Source of the DNA: Pirellula staleyi DSM 6068
GTDB taxonomy: Bacteria > Planctomycetota > Planctomycetia > Pirellulales > Pirellulaceae
NCBI GenBank assembly: GCA_000025185.1
Contig: CP001848.1
Span: 750,001 to 782,000, forward strand
Length of the DNA: 32,000 nt
Reading direction: 5' to 3'
Shown here: positions 18,801-26,798 of the stretch, in pieces
Layout of the letters: each line of letters starts with the position of its first letter
Position numbering within the stretch: the first letter of the stretch is position 1
Program-made: the position numbers and the translations under genes
Notes under the pieces: model-generated
The model's input: the letters and a program-made list of their open reading frames with translations, nothing else
Database searches by the model: none
Told to the model about the DNA's origin: nothing

Positions 18801-20201
18801 CTAAGAATAAAGCTGAATGGCTTTCACGATCTCGCCCAAATCGTTGGGAACTGCGACCGCGCGATTGGCAAAGCTGGCGCGTTTAACTCCGCGGCTGCCA
18901 AGCACTTCGTTGAACTTGTCTTGATCGGTCGTGTGATAGGCCACCGTTGCGGTGGGATCTTTCAGCTGATGTCCGGTCAGGATGCAAACGACCCGGTCAT
19001 CGGGCGAGATCACCCCTTGGTCGCGGAGGAGTCGAGCGCCAGCCACACTCGCGGCTGAGGCTGGCTCGCAGCCGAAACCACCAGCGGCAATTTTGGCTTT
19101 CGCGTCGAGCATCTCTTGATCGCTCACCTGACGCACCACCCCATCCATGAACTCGAGTGCTCGCAGGCACTTACGCAAGTTCACCGGGCGATTGATTTCG
19201 ATGGCCGAGGCGATGGTGTTGGCCTTCCGCCCGAGCTGATCGAGTTCGTTGTAGTAGTGGTGGGCGATCTCCATGTTGGCATGTCCGCCGTTCCAGCGGA
19301 GGCCGCGACGCTCGAACAGTTCGTACAGCGTGTCGGCACCGGCGGCGTTGATGACGGCCAAACGGGGGACACGGTCGACCAGTCCGAGGCTCTTGAGCTC
19401 GGCAAATGCCTTCCCAAAAGCGCTGCTGTTACCCAGGTTACCGCCCGGCACGACGATCCAGTCGGGAACTTCCCAGCGGAGCGCCTCGAGCACGCGGAAC
19501 ATCACCGACTTTTGGCCTTCGAGGCGGAACGGGTTCACGCTGTTGACCAGGCAGATTCCCAGGTCGCGCGAAACCTCTTGAACGCGGGCCATGGCGTCGT
19601 CGAAGTCGCCGGCGATTTGCACCGTAAGTGCACCGTAGTCCAAGGCTTGCGATAATTTGCCGTAGCTGATTTTACCACTGCCGATGAAGATGATTGCCTT
19701 CATCAGTTTGGTGGCGGCACAGTACATGGCGAGCGAGGCGCTGGTGTTGCCGGTCGAGGCACAGGCGGCTCGGCGGGCACCGATCGCACGAGCGTGCGTA
19801 AACGCCGCACTCATGCCGTTGTCTTTGAAGCTTCCGGAAGGGTTCATCCCTTCGTACTGCAGGTGGAGCCGGCCGGGCTTCATGCCGACGTAGCTGCCGA
19901 CGCTATCTGTTTGCTGCAAAAGGGTTTGTCCTTCGCCGACGGTCACCACCAGGTCGGGCGAAGCGAAGGGAATCAGCTCGTGGAAACGCCAAATGCCACT
20001 GAACCGGAGGGGCTCGTAGCGGCGGGACCACATCTCTTCGAAGTACTTCAGGCTCTTAGGAACTTGCGACCGGCTCCAGTCGTAGCCGATGTCGAGCAAA
20101 TCGCCGCACGTGGGGCAGCTGACGCGCACTTCTTCGCACCCACAAACGAAATCGCAAGTGGGGCTGATGCATTTCTGAAAGGCAAAGTCGGCAAGTGGCA
20201 C
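18801..20201 (-). CDS. thrC: Threonine synthase (long form with N-terminal Cys-rich zinc-ribbon-like segment)
   Basis: PLP-lysine motif [10 protein letters not shown], followed by [11 protein letters not shown] and GGNLGN. N-terminus is [24 protein letters not shown]. Confidence 0.93.
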   Translation of the reverse strand: MPLADFAFQKCISPTCDFVCGCEEVRVSCPTCGDLLDIGYDWSRSQVPKSLKYFEEMWSRRYEPLRFSGIWRFHELIPFASPDLVVTVGEGQTLLQQTDSVGSYVGMKPGRLHLQYEGMNPSGSFKDNGMSAAFTHARAIGARRAACASTGNTSASLAMYCAATKLMKAIIFIGSGKISYGKLSQALDYGALTVQIAGDFDDAMARVQEVSRDLGICLVNSVNPFRLEGQKSVMFRVLEALRWEVPDWIVVPGGNLGNSSAFGKAFAELKSLGLVDRVPRLAVINAAGADTLYELFERRGLRWNGGHANMEIAHHYYNELDQLGRKANTIASAIEINRPVNLRKCLRALEFMDGVVRQVSDQEMLDAKAKIAAGGFGCEPASAASVAGARLLRDQGVISPDDRVVCILTGHQLKDPTATVAYHTTDQDKFNEVLGSRGVKRASFANRAVAVPNDLGEIVKAIQLYS

Positions 20202-20446
20202 GGCAGCAACTGCTTACAGCGAAAGTAGTTCGGTCGACAGGCTAGGCACTCCCAGCCCGGTATTCAGTCTAGGGGACCCCGAGCAAAGCCGCAAGACGAA
20301 CGACGCTGGCATCGCTCGGCCCCTGCTGAATGCTGGGACTTCATCGACCCGCAATCGCGTCACAAAGTTCACGCGCCAGTCGACTTACGCTGCAATGGGG
20401 GGCCGTAGAACTTCGTCTAGCGAGCCCTATCAGACTTAAACCCAGT

Positions 20447-20578
20447 GTGCCACTGGGCTCTGCCCAGCGAGAAGTGTCATGGGACTCTATGTTTCAGGCA
20501 GATTTGCCAAAAACATCGGTTCCAACTTCAGCACTGGCAAGATGCCAGTGGCACCCATTCAACCTGACATCGATTGAT
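20447..20578 (+). repeat. Copy 1 of a ~130-nt composite intergenic repeat (family B)
   Basis: Aligns by eye with 26442..26570. Shared blocks: GTGCCACTGG, GAGAAGTG, TTTCAGGCA, TTTGCCAA, CTTC-GCACTGGCAA-ATGCCAG, CACCCA-TCAACCTGA-AT-GAT. Contains the hairpin CACTGGCA-aga-TGCCAGTG (20532-20550) and a 10-bp inverted repeat, GTGCCACTGG (20447-56) with CCAGTGGCAC (20545-54). Confidence 0.7.
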
Positions 20579-20688
20579 AGACGGGCCACTGATGCCCTGT
20601 TACCGACAGACTTTTGGACCGGATGGCAAGTTGTTACCCAGTCAAAGCTTGTGGCCATGCTGCAAAGCCTTTGCATGCTTGTCCTTCT

Positions 20689-20786
20689 GCGTGCTACGCA
20701 CTTCGTCGGGCAAGCATGGCACCCTTTTTGTCGAGCATGCGTGGCACCGATCTTCGTCGGGCATGGCACCCATCTTTGTTGGGAGC
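20689..20786 (+). repeat. Tandem array of four 22-26-nt units carrying TGGCAC
   Basis: The four units are gcgtgctacgcacttcgtcgggca, agcaTGGCACcctttttgtcgagca, tgcgTGGCACcgatcttcgtcgggca and TGGCACccatctttgttgggagc. TGGCAC occurs at 20717, 20742 and 20764. Confidence 0.65.
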
Positions 20787-21121
20787 CGCTCACGGCTGGG
20801 CAAGCCAGCCTAGTTTCACTTGGGTGCCTGTGTTGTGCGAAGCTCAGCACAGATTTGGCAGCAAGATGTCAAGGAAAAAAGGGTGGCTGGGGAGAACAGC
20901 CGCGAGCGAGTTATTCGCTACAGCACCCGCCATCCCTCCAACTTCTCACTTCGCTCAACAGCCGCGATTCACTATATTCCAGGCTCGGGAACGAATCGTC
21001 TTAGAGCGACGCGCGCGAAAGCGCAACTTGCGCAACACCACGCGCGCCCTTCGGGGTCGTTTCCCAAGTTCTGCTCCTCCGCGGCTGGCCGATGTGCTCG
21101 CCTTCCTCGATAAGCCCACCC

Positions 21122-22969
21122 ATGACAGCCACCACAGCCGACACCAAGACCTCTGCCGCCGAAGAGAAACTCACCCCGGAGCAAAGCCGGCGCGAAACGA
21201 TCGAGTCGATCATCATGGCGATCATTCTCGCCGTGGTGGTGCGTGGCTTCGTCGCCGAGGCGTTTGTGATCCCTACCGGGTCGATGGCCCCGACACTGCA
21301 AGGTCGTCACAAAGATGTGGTCGACCCGATGTCGAGCTATCAGTATCAAGCGACCGCGAGCGAAGAACGAACTTCGACCGGCGCGCCGACTGGCAACTAT
21401 GTAATCAGCAGCACCTGCCCGATTTCGCGCTATCCGCAAAAGCTCGACGTGATCAACGATCCGGCCGACGACTCGTTCAGCGGCGACCGGATCATCGTGT
21501 CGAAGTTCAGTTACGATCTGAAAGATCCCGCGCGGTGGGATGTGATCGTTTTCAAGTGCCCTGGCCAAGCGACGCAGAACTATATCAAGCGACTGGTCGG
21601 ATTGCCCAACGAAGTGATTCGGATCGCAGGGGGCAATGTCTACACCGCGCCACGACTCGATCCCGAGGCCGACTTTGTCATCGCCCGTAAACCACCACAC
21701 AAACTGAGCGCGCTGCTGCAGATTGTCGACGACAGCGACTATGTTCCGCCGCTGCTGGTGGAAAAAGGTTTTCCGAGCAAGTGGATCAGCACGACCGGCA
21801 GCAGCTGGAAACCGGCCGCCGATGGAAAGAGCTTTTCGATCGAGCCGACGGCGCAAACCAACTGGATGCGCTGGCGAAACGTGTTCCCTTCGTTTGAAGA
21901 GTGGTATCAGCTAGAGGTCGATGGTCGACTCCCAGCATCGGCGAAGGAGAAAGAGGGACAACTCGTCACCGATTTCTATGCCTACAACAGCAGCGAGTCG
22001 ATCAGGCAGAAGTATCAGCATGCCACGTGGCGACTCGAGCCCGGCACGTTCGATAACGAGCAGTACGACATTTCGGTTCCTGGTCCTGGTCAACCGATGG
22101 ATGCCTCGAACGCTGGGATGCACTGGGTCGATGACTTGGCACTCGATGTCACCGCCGAAGTCACAGCGGTCGAGCCGGGAAGCGAGCTCACGCTGAAGCT
22201 GGTGCGAGGTGGCGAGCATTTCCACTGCACGTTCGATCTCACCAGTGGCACGGCGAAATTGTCGCGCACTTCGAGTCGCGGCGAACCGATGGCCTTTGAA
22301 GCCCCTGCAGGTAGCGAGGACGCAGCCAAAATCGCTGACCCTGTCGCCCAGACTTCCGTGCGCGGCACCGGCACGCATCAGATTCGGCTCTCGAACTGCG
22401 ATCATCAGGTGCTGCTGTGGGTCAATGGCAGCGTGGTGAAATTCGATAAGCCGACGACCTACGCCTCGGCCGAGTTGATTGCTCCGTACTGGAGTCTCGA
22501 AGAAGCGGGCGATTTGCAGCCTTGCGGAATCGGTGTGAAACAAGCGCAGATGACCGCCAAGTCGCTCCGCGTGCTGCGCGATAAGTACTACATCGCGGTG
22601 AGCCGTCAGCTGGGTGAGGGGACCGAGACGAACGACTATCAGAAGTCGGTGCCACGCAGCGACATTGGCCCGTGGATCTCGGAAGCGACGGCGATTCAGG
22701 AGATTTTCAACACGCCGAGCAGTTGGAGCACGAGCCCGCTGTTTGACGACGACAATCGCCGCTTCGTCGAGTTCACGATGGAGGAGGATCAGTTTTTCCC
22801 GATGGGGGACAACAGCCCACACAGTTTGGATGCCCGACTTTGGGCCGCCCCACCTTACGTGACGCGCGATCTGCTGATCGGCAAAGCGCTCGTGATTTAT
22901 TGGCCCCACACCTGGAATCGTCCCGTTCCGTTTTGGCCCAACTTTCAGCGCATGGGATTCATCCGCTAG
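21122..22969 (+). CDS. lepB: Signal peptidase I (unusually long, 615 aa)
   Basis: One N-terminal TM segment (IIMAIILAVVV). Box B PTGSMAPTL (catalytic Ser). Box C GDRIIVSKF. Box D YIKRLVGLPNEVI (catalytic Lys). Box E FPMGDNSPHSLDARLW. Start at 21122 (MTATTAD), or alternatively 21092. Confidence 0.9.
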   Translation: MTATTADTKTSAAEEKLTPEQSRRETIESIIMAIILAVVVRGFVAEAFVIPTGSMAPTLQGRHKDVVDPMSSYQYQATASEERTSTGAPTGNYVISSTCPISRYPQKLDVINDPADDSFSGDRIIVSKFSYDLKDPARWDVIVFKCPGQATQNYIKRLVGLPNEVIRIAGGNVYTAPRLDPEADFVIARKPPHKLSALLQIVDDSDYVPPLLVEKGFPSKWISTTGSSWKPAADGKSFSIEPTAQTNWMRWRNVFPSFEEWYQLEVDGRLPASAKEKEGQLVTDFYAYNSSESIRQKYQHATWRLEPGTFDNEQYDISVPGPGQPMDASNAGMHWVDDLALDVTAEVTAVEPGSELTLKLVRGGEHFHCTFDLTSGTAKLSRTSSRGEPMAFEAPAGSEDAAKIADPVAQTSVRGTGTHQIRLSNCDHQVLLWVNGSVVKFDKPTTYASAELIAPYWSLEEAGDLQPCGIGVKQAQMTAKSLRVLRDKYYIAVSRQLGEGTETNDYQKSVPRSDIGPWISEATAIQEIFNTPSSWSTSPLFDDDNRRFVEFTMEEDQFFPMGDNSPHSLDARLWAAPPYVTRDLLIGKALVIYWPHTWNRPVPFWPNFQRMGFIR

Positions 22970-23044
22970 TGTGGGGCTCGAGAGCTGTCGATCTCGTCTG
23001 ACAACGAAGCGTCTGGCAGGGAATTGTTTGACAAGGAAGTTGCC

Positions 23045-23953
23045 ATGAGCATTTTGGTCGCCGAAGGATTGGTGAAATCGTACGGCAAGCGGCGCGTGGT
23101 CGATGGGGTGAGCTTCGATGTCGACGAGGCCGAGATTGTCGGTCTGCTCGGCGCCAACGGGGCCGGTAAAACGACCAGCTTCCGCATGACCTGCGGCATG
23201 ATCGACCCCGATCAAGGTCGCGTGACGCTCGGCGGCAAAGATGTCACCGCCTGGCCGATGTTCAAGCGGGCTCGCGAAGGTGGCATGGGCTATCTGGCGC
23301 AAGAGTCGAGCGTGTTTCGCAACCTGACGGTCGAGCAGAACATGCTCGGCGTGATGGAGCTCTTGGGGTTCGACTATAAGACCCGCAAGCGGCGCTGCGA
23401 CGATCTGCTCGAACAGTTTCGGATCACGCACATTCGCAAATCGCGCGCAGGATCGCTCTCGGGTGGTGAACGGCGACGTCTCGAAATCGCCCGCTGTTTG
23501 GTGAGTAATCCACTGATCATTTTGCTCGACGAACCGTTCACCGGGATCGATCCGGTGACGATTCAAGGGATTCAAGTGATCATTCGCGAACTGAAATCGC
23601 GCGGCATTTCGATCCTGATCACCGACCACCAGGTGCGCGAGACGTTGCAGATCACCGACCGGAGCTACGTGGTCGACAAAGGGACGATTTTGTGCCACGG
23701 CACTCCCGAAGAAGTGATCACCAATCCCGAAGCACGCAAACGCTACTTTGGTGAAGGGATGGATATCGGCAGCACCACAGCCGCGATTCGCTCGCCTCAC
23801 TTCGCCGCCAAAGAACAGCCCCCTGCCCCGACACATGCCATGCAGATGCAGCAGGAACTGGCCGCCAAGATGGCCGCCGCGAGCACAGCTCGCACGTCGC
23901 GCGCGGGGGTCGATATCCACGAAGACGAAACACTCCGGGCCGACGACGAGTAA
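23045..23953 (+). CDS. lptB: LPS export ABC transporter ATP-binding protein LptB with ~60-aa C-terminal extension
   Basis: Walker A GANGAGKTT. Also YLAQESSVFRNLTVEQN, signature LSGGERRRLEIARCL, Walker B ILLDEPFTGIDP, and H-loop ITDHQVRETL. LptB-type ending NPEARKRYFGE is followed by an extra low-complexity tail. Confidence 0.9.
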   Translation: MSILVAEGLVKSYGKRRVVDGVSFDVDEAEIVGLLGANGAGKTTSFRMTCGMIDPDQGRVTLGGKDVTAWPMFKRAREGGMGYLAQESSVFRNLTVEQNMLGVMELLGFDYKTRKRRCDDLLEQFRITHIRKSRAGSLSGGERRRLEIARCLVSNPLIILLDEPFTGIDPVTIQGIQVIIRELKSRGISILITDHQVRETLQITDRSYVVDKGTILCHGTPEEVITNPEARKRYFGEGMDIGSTTAAIRSPHFAAKEQPPAPTHAMQMQQELAAKMAAASTARTSRAGVDIHEDETLRADDE

Positions 23954-23958
23954 CTCCC

Positions 23959-24693
23959 ATGCCACCGCCAGATGCCCCCGAGTTTCTGAAGCTCCAGCTC
24001 CCGAGCATCGAGGCCGCAGGCGAGCGGTGGCGCTTTCTCGAGCAACTCCCGGCGCTTGATCCAGATAAACCGCGCGGGCTGATCCCCCGCACCGACGACG
24101 CTGGTAAGCCCCCCGCCGGTCGTCCCGCACGAACCGCCGCCGAGGTGACGATCCAGGAGTTCGACGGGGGACGTGACCTCGTGTTTGCGAAGGTCAGCCG
24201 CAGCCCGCAGTGGCCGGTCGATGCCGACCAAAAACCATTGCCGGGGGTGATCGAACTCGCCTATCCCACCGCTGTGGCTGGCACCGATCTGGTCTACGAC
24301 CTCGCGACCGAAGCGATGCAAGGGAAAGCCCGCCCCTTCTTTAGCGATCTGACCGAAGCCCGCGATCGGCTGTGGGCGATCACCCCGGTGCAGGTTGAGC
24401 AGCTGTCGGCCAAGGCGCTCTATGCCAGCAGCCCCGGCGAGGGGCTCATCATCCTGAAGGCCACCGTCGGCGACGCCTCGGGGGAGGCGATCCCGGGCCG
24501 ATTTCCCCTCACCTGGTCCCTTCTCGATCCCGCCAGCAAGCTGCAGGCTCGCCATTACACGCTCACCGCCGCAACAGGCCGCCTCCACCTACAAATCTTT
24601 GTAGACAAACCACTTACGACCGGCAAATGGCAGCTGAAGCTCCGCTCGCAAGTGGCCGGCCTCGAGCAAACGATCGACCTGGTGATCGCTTAG
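23959..24693 (+). CDS. Hypothetical protein, tightly coupled downstream of lptB
   Basis: 244-aa ORF starting 5 nt after the lptB stop, on the same strand, with coding-like composition. I see no signal peptide or TM segment and recognise no family. Confidence 0.65.
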   Translation: MPPPDAPEFLKLQLPSIEAAGERWRFLEQLPALDPDKPRGLIPRTDDAGKPPAGRPARTAAEVTIQEFDGGRDLVFAKVSRSPQWPVDADQKPLPGVIELAYPTAVAGTDLVYDLATEAMQGKARPFFSDLTEARDRLWAITPVQVEQLSAKALYASSPGEGLIILKATVGDASGEAIPGRFPLTWSLLDPASKLQARHYTLTAATGRLHLQIFVDKPLTTGKWQLKLRSQVAGLEQTIDLVIA

Positions 24694-24932
24694 CCTCGAC
24701 TCGCTTTTCGAAGGCCGAGGGGTCGCAATTCGGGGCGTCTAGCGAAACTAGGCGAATCTATGCCCCACAAAGTGGCCGATAACGAGAAAAAGCTTGAACC
24801 GATCAAGATAACTTGATACGATTCGGCTGCCCTCCGTCCTCGAGCGCCTGCTCGATGGCACCCGCCCCCATGCCGCGGAACTGGCCCCTCGACCTGCCAG
24901 CCCGCTCACCGCCAGCCAATTGGAGTCGTGTC

Positions 24933-26291
24933 ATGCTCACCATCCTGGGAAAGAGTGACCGAGCTGCTGCCTGCGACCGAGTCACCCGGCGCGATTTCCT
25001 GCAGATCGGCGGCATGGCCCTCGGTGGCCTTACGCTGCCGCAGCTGCTGTCGGCTGAAGCCCAAGCGGGGGTCGGACGTTCGCACAAAGCGATCATCAAC
25101 GTCTTCCTCCCTGGTGGTCCGCCGCATCAAGACATGTGGGACATCAAGGCCGACGCTCCCTCGGAAATTCGAGGCGAGTTCAACGCCATTAAAACCAATG
25201 TTCCCGGGATCGAAATCGGCGAGATGTTTCCGCTGATCGCCGCCCAAGCCGACAAGGCGATCTTCATTCGCACCATGGTGGGTGCCACCGGTGGTCACGA
25301 CGCCTATCAGTGCATGACCGCCCGTCCGCTGATGCCCGCCCCTGCTGGTGGCTGGCCTTCGGCCGGCGCTTGGATCAGCAAGCTCAAGGGGCCTGTGAAT
25401 CAAAGCGTGCCGCCCCACCTCAGCCTCTGCTATAAGACCGACCACGGCCCTTGGGGCTACGACGGCGACGGCGGCTTTTTGGGGATCGCCCACGCGCCAT
25501 TCAAGCTGGTTGGTGGTAAGAGCGAGACGAGCAAAACCGACAACATGGTGCTGCAAGGGATCACGCTCGATCGCCTGCAAGATCGCAACAGCCTGCTCGG
25601 AGCGCTCGATCACTTCAAGCGCGACATCGATAACTCGGGACGGATGAAGGGGCTCGACACCTTCACCGAACAAGCGCTCGGCATTCTCACTTCGAGCACG
25701 CTGGCCGATGCGCTCGACATCAGCAAGGAAGATCCCAAGGTCCTCGAGCGCTACGGTCGTGGCGAAACCAAGTTCCGCGACGACGGTGCCCCGAAGATGA
25801 CCGAGAATCTGCTGATCGCGCGACGCCTGGTCGAAGCGGGTGCCCGAGTCGTTTCGCTCAACTTCAGCCGCTGGGATCACCACGGCGACAACTTCAACGC
25901 GATTCGCCAAGATGGTCCGCTGCTCGATCGGGCCGTCGCAGCCCTGATCCAAGACCTGCACGAGCGCGGGCTCGATCAGGATGTTTCGGTGGTGGTGTGG
26001 GGCGAGTTTGGCCGAACCCCCAAGATCAACAGCAACGCCGGACGCGATCACTGGCCGCAGGTCAGCTGCGCGCTGCTGGCTGGTGGCGGCATGCGTACCG
26101 GTCAGGTGATTGGCGAGACCAATCGCCTCGGCGAATATGCCAAGGATCGCCCGGTTTCGTTCCAAGAGGTGTGGGCTACGCTCTACACCAACATGGGCCT
26201 GAACCTTCGCTCGATTCGCGAGTTCGACCTCCGAGGTCGCCCTCAGTACCTCGTCGACGACGGCGTCCAGCCACTCAAAGAAGTCGTTTAA
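24933..26291 (+). CDS. DUF1501 domain-containing protein (sulfatase-fold, Tat signal)
   Basis: Tat motif [18 protein letters not shown]1501 blocks: [54 protein letters not shown] lies 8 nt upstream of the ATG at 24933. Confidence 0.9.
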   Translation: MLTILGKSDRAAACDRVTRRDFLQIGGMALGGLTLPQLLSAEAQAGVGRSHKAIINVFLPGGPPHQDMWDIKADAPSEIRGEFNAIKTNVPGIEIGEMFPLIAAQADKAIFIRTMVGATGGHDAYQCMTARPLMPAPAGGWPSAGAWISKLKGPVNQSVPPHLSLCYKTDHGPWGYDGDGGFLGIAHAPFKLVGGKSETSKTDNMVLQGITLDRLQDRNSLLGALDHFKRDIDNSGRMKGLDTFTEQALGILTSSTLADALDISKEDPKVLERYGRGETKFRDDGAPKMTENLLIARRLVEAGARVVSLNFSRWDHHGDNFNAIRQDGPLLDRAVAALIQDLHERGLDQDVSVVVWGEFGRTPKINSNAGRDHWPQVSCALLAGGGMRTGQVIGETNRLGEYAKDRPVSFQEVWATLYTNMGLNLRSIREFDLRGRPQYLVDDGVQPLKEVV

Positions 26292-26346
26292 GCGACTCCA
26301 TTTCCCACAGACGCGCCCCATCAGCGTAGCCGCGAGAACAGAGTAC

Positions 26347-26383
26347 CCCCGGTAGCTCGTCTACCGGGGCCGACGAAGTCGGC
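26347..26383 (+). terminator. Two adjacent perfect hairpins downstream of DUF1501 (possible terminator or RNA-stabilising structure, no U-tract)
   Basis: CCCCGGTAG-ctcgt-CTACCGGGG (9-bp stem) is immediately followed by GCCGAC-gaa-GTCGGC. They begin 56 nt after the stop codon. Confidence 0.4.
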
Positions 26384-26441
26384 AAGAGACACGCTCCCAA
26401 GCGGCTGCGAATGCCAATCGCTATCTTCGTGCAGTCTTTGG

Positions 26442-26570
26442 GTGCCACTGGCCAGTGAGAAGTGCCAAACAGGCCTCAATCTTTCAGGCATCTTTGCCAA
26501 GCAGCCCCCATTAAACTTCTGCACTGGCAACATGCCAGCGCCACCCAATCAACCTGAAATTGATCGATTG
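26442..26570 (+). repeat. Copy 2 of the ~130-nt composite intergenic repeat (family B)
   Basis: Same orientation and block order as 20447..20578 (see that entry). The internal hairpin is degraded to CTGGCA-aca-TGCCAG. Confidence 0.7.
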
Positions 26571-26578
26571 ACGAAGTA

Positions 26579-26599
26579 GTAGGGCCGGCTGCACCGGCC
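26579..26599 (+). repeat. REP-like 21-nt hairpin element, family A copy 1 (forward, 2 mismatches)
   Basis: GTAGGGCCGGctgCACCGGCC. Consensus is GTAGGGCCGGTTCCACCGGCC, with an internal GGCCGGT/ACCGGCC stem. Confidence 0.75.
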
Positions 26600-26641
26600 A
26601 CTGAACCCAGCACGGCAATAGGCAAATCACTCACAGCTCTT

Positions 26642-26662
26642 GGCCGGTGGAACCGGCCCTAC
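26642..26662 (-). repeat. REP-like element, family A copy 2 (inverted, exact consensus)
   Basis: Plus strand reads GGCCGGTGGAACCGGCCCTAC, the reverse complement of GTAGGGCCGGTTCCACCGGCC. It forms an inverted pair with copy 1, 42 nt away. Confidence 0.8.
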
Positions 26663-26798
26663 TGAGCAACAACGAGTAGCACTGCTAGCGGCGGGGATGA
26701 ACTTGCCGCCAAGATAGAGTTGTGCTAATTCCCGCTGTGTGATCGCGGCGCTGCTAGGCGTGCGACGCGCGGGGCAGTTACGCAAACGATCGCCGGCT

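Noticed and set aside
20330-21856. ORFs 20330..21004 (+, 224 aa), 20614..21690 (+, 358 aa) and 20972..21856 (-, 294 aa) in the thrC-lepB spacer
   Set aside because: They are built from the family-B element and the tandem TGGCAC units (Cys/Trp/His/Arg-rich), or are out of frame or antisense to lepB. There is no family resemblance.
21911-24130. 739-aa minus-strand ORF, the longest uninterrupted ORF apart from the giant repeat gene
   Set aside because: It is antisense to three plus-strand genes, two of which are unmistakable: the lepB box E region, and lptB with Walker A/B and signature motifs. Its product is Arg/Ala/Gly-rich with no motifs, typical of a shadow frame in GC-rich DNA. It even reads through the lepB-lptB intergenic spacer.
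24906-26321. 471-aa minus ORF. Similar long antisense ORFs occur at 28429..29901 (490 aa), 30725..31975 (416 aa), 9255..10289 (344 aa, plus strand) and 2970..3866 (298 aa, plus strand).
   Set aside because: Each lies exactly opposite a gene with strong family motifs (DUF1501 twice, Gfo/Idh/MocA, Sbp, DUF1559). Each has shadow-ORF composition, and none has its own recognisable domain.
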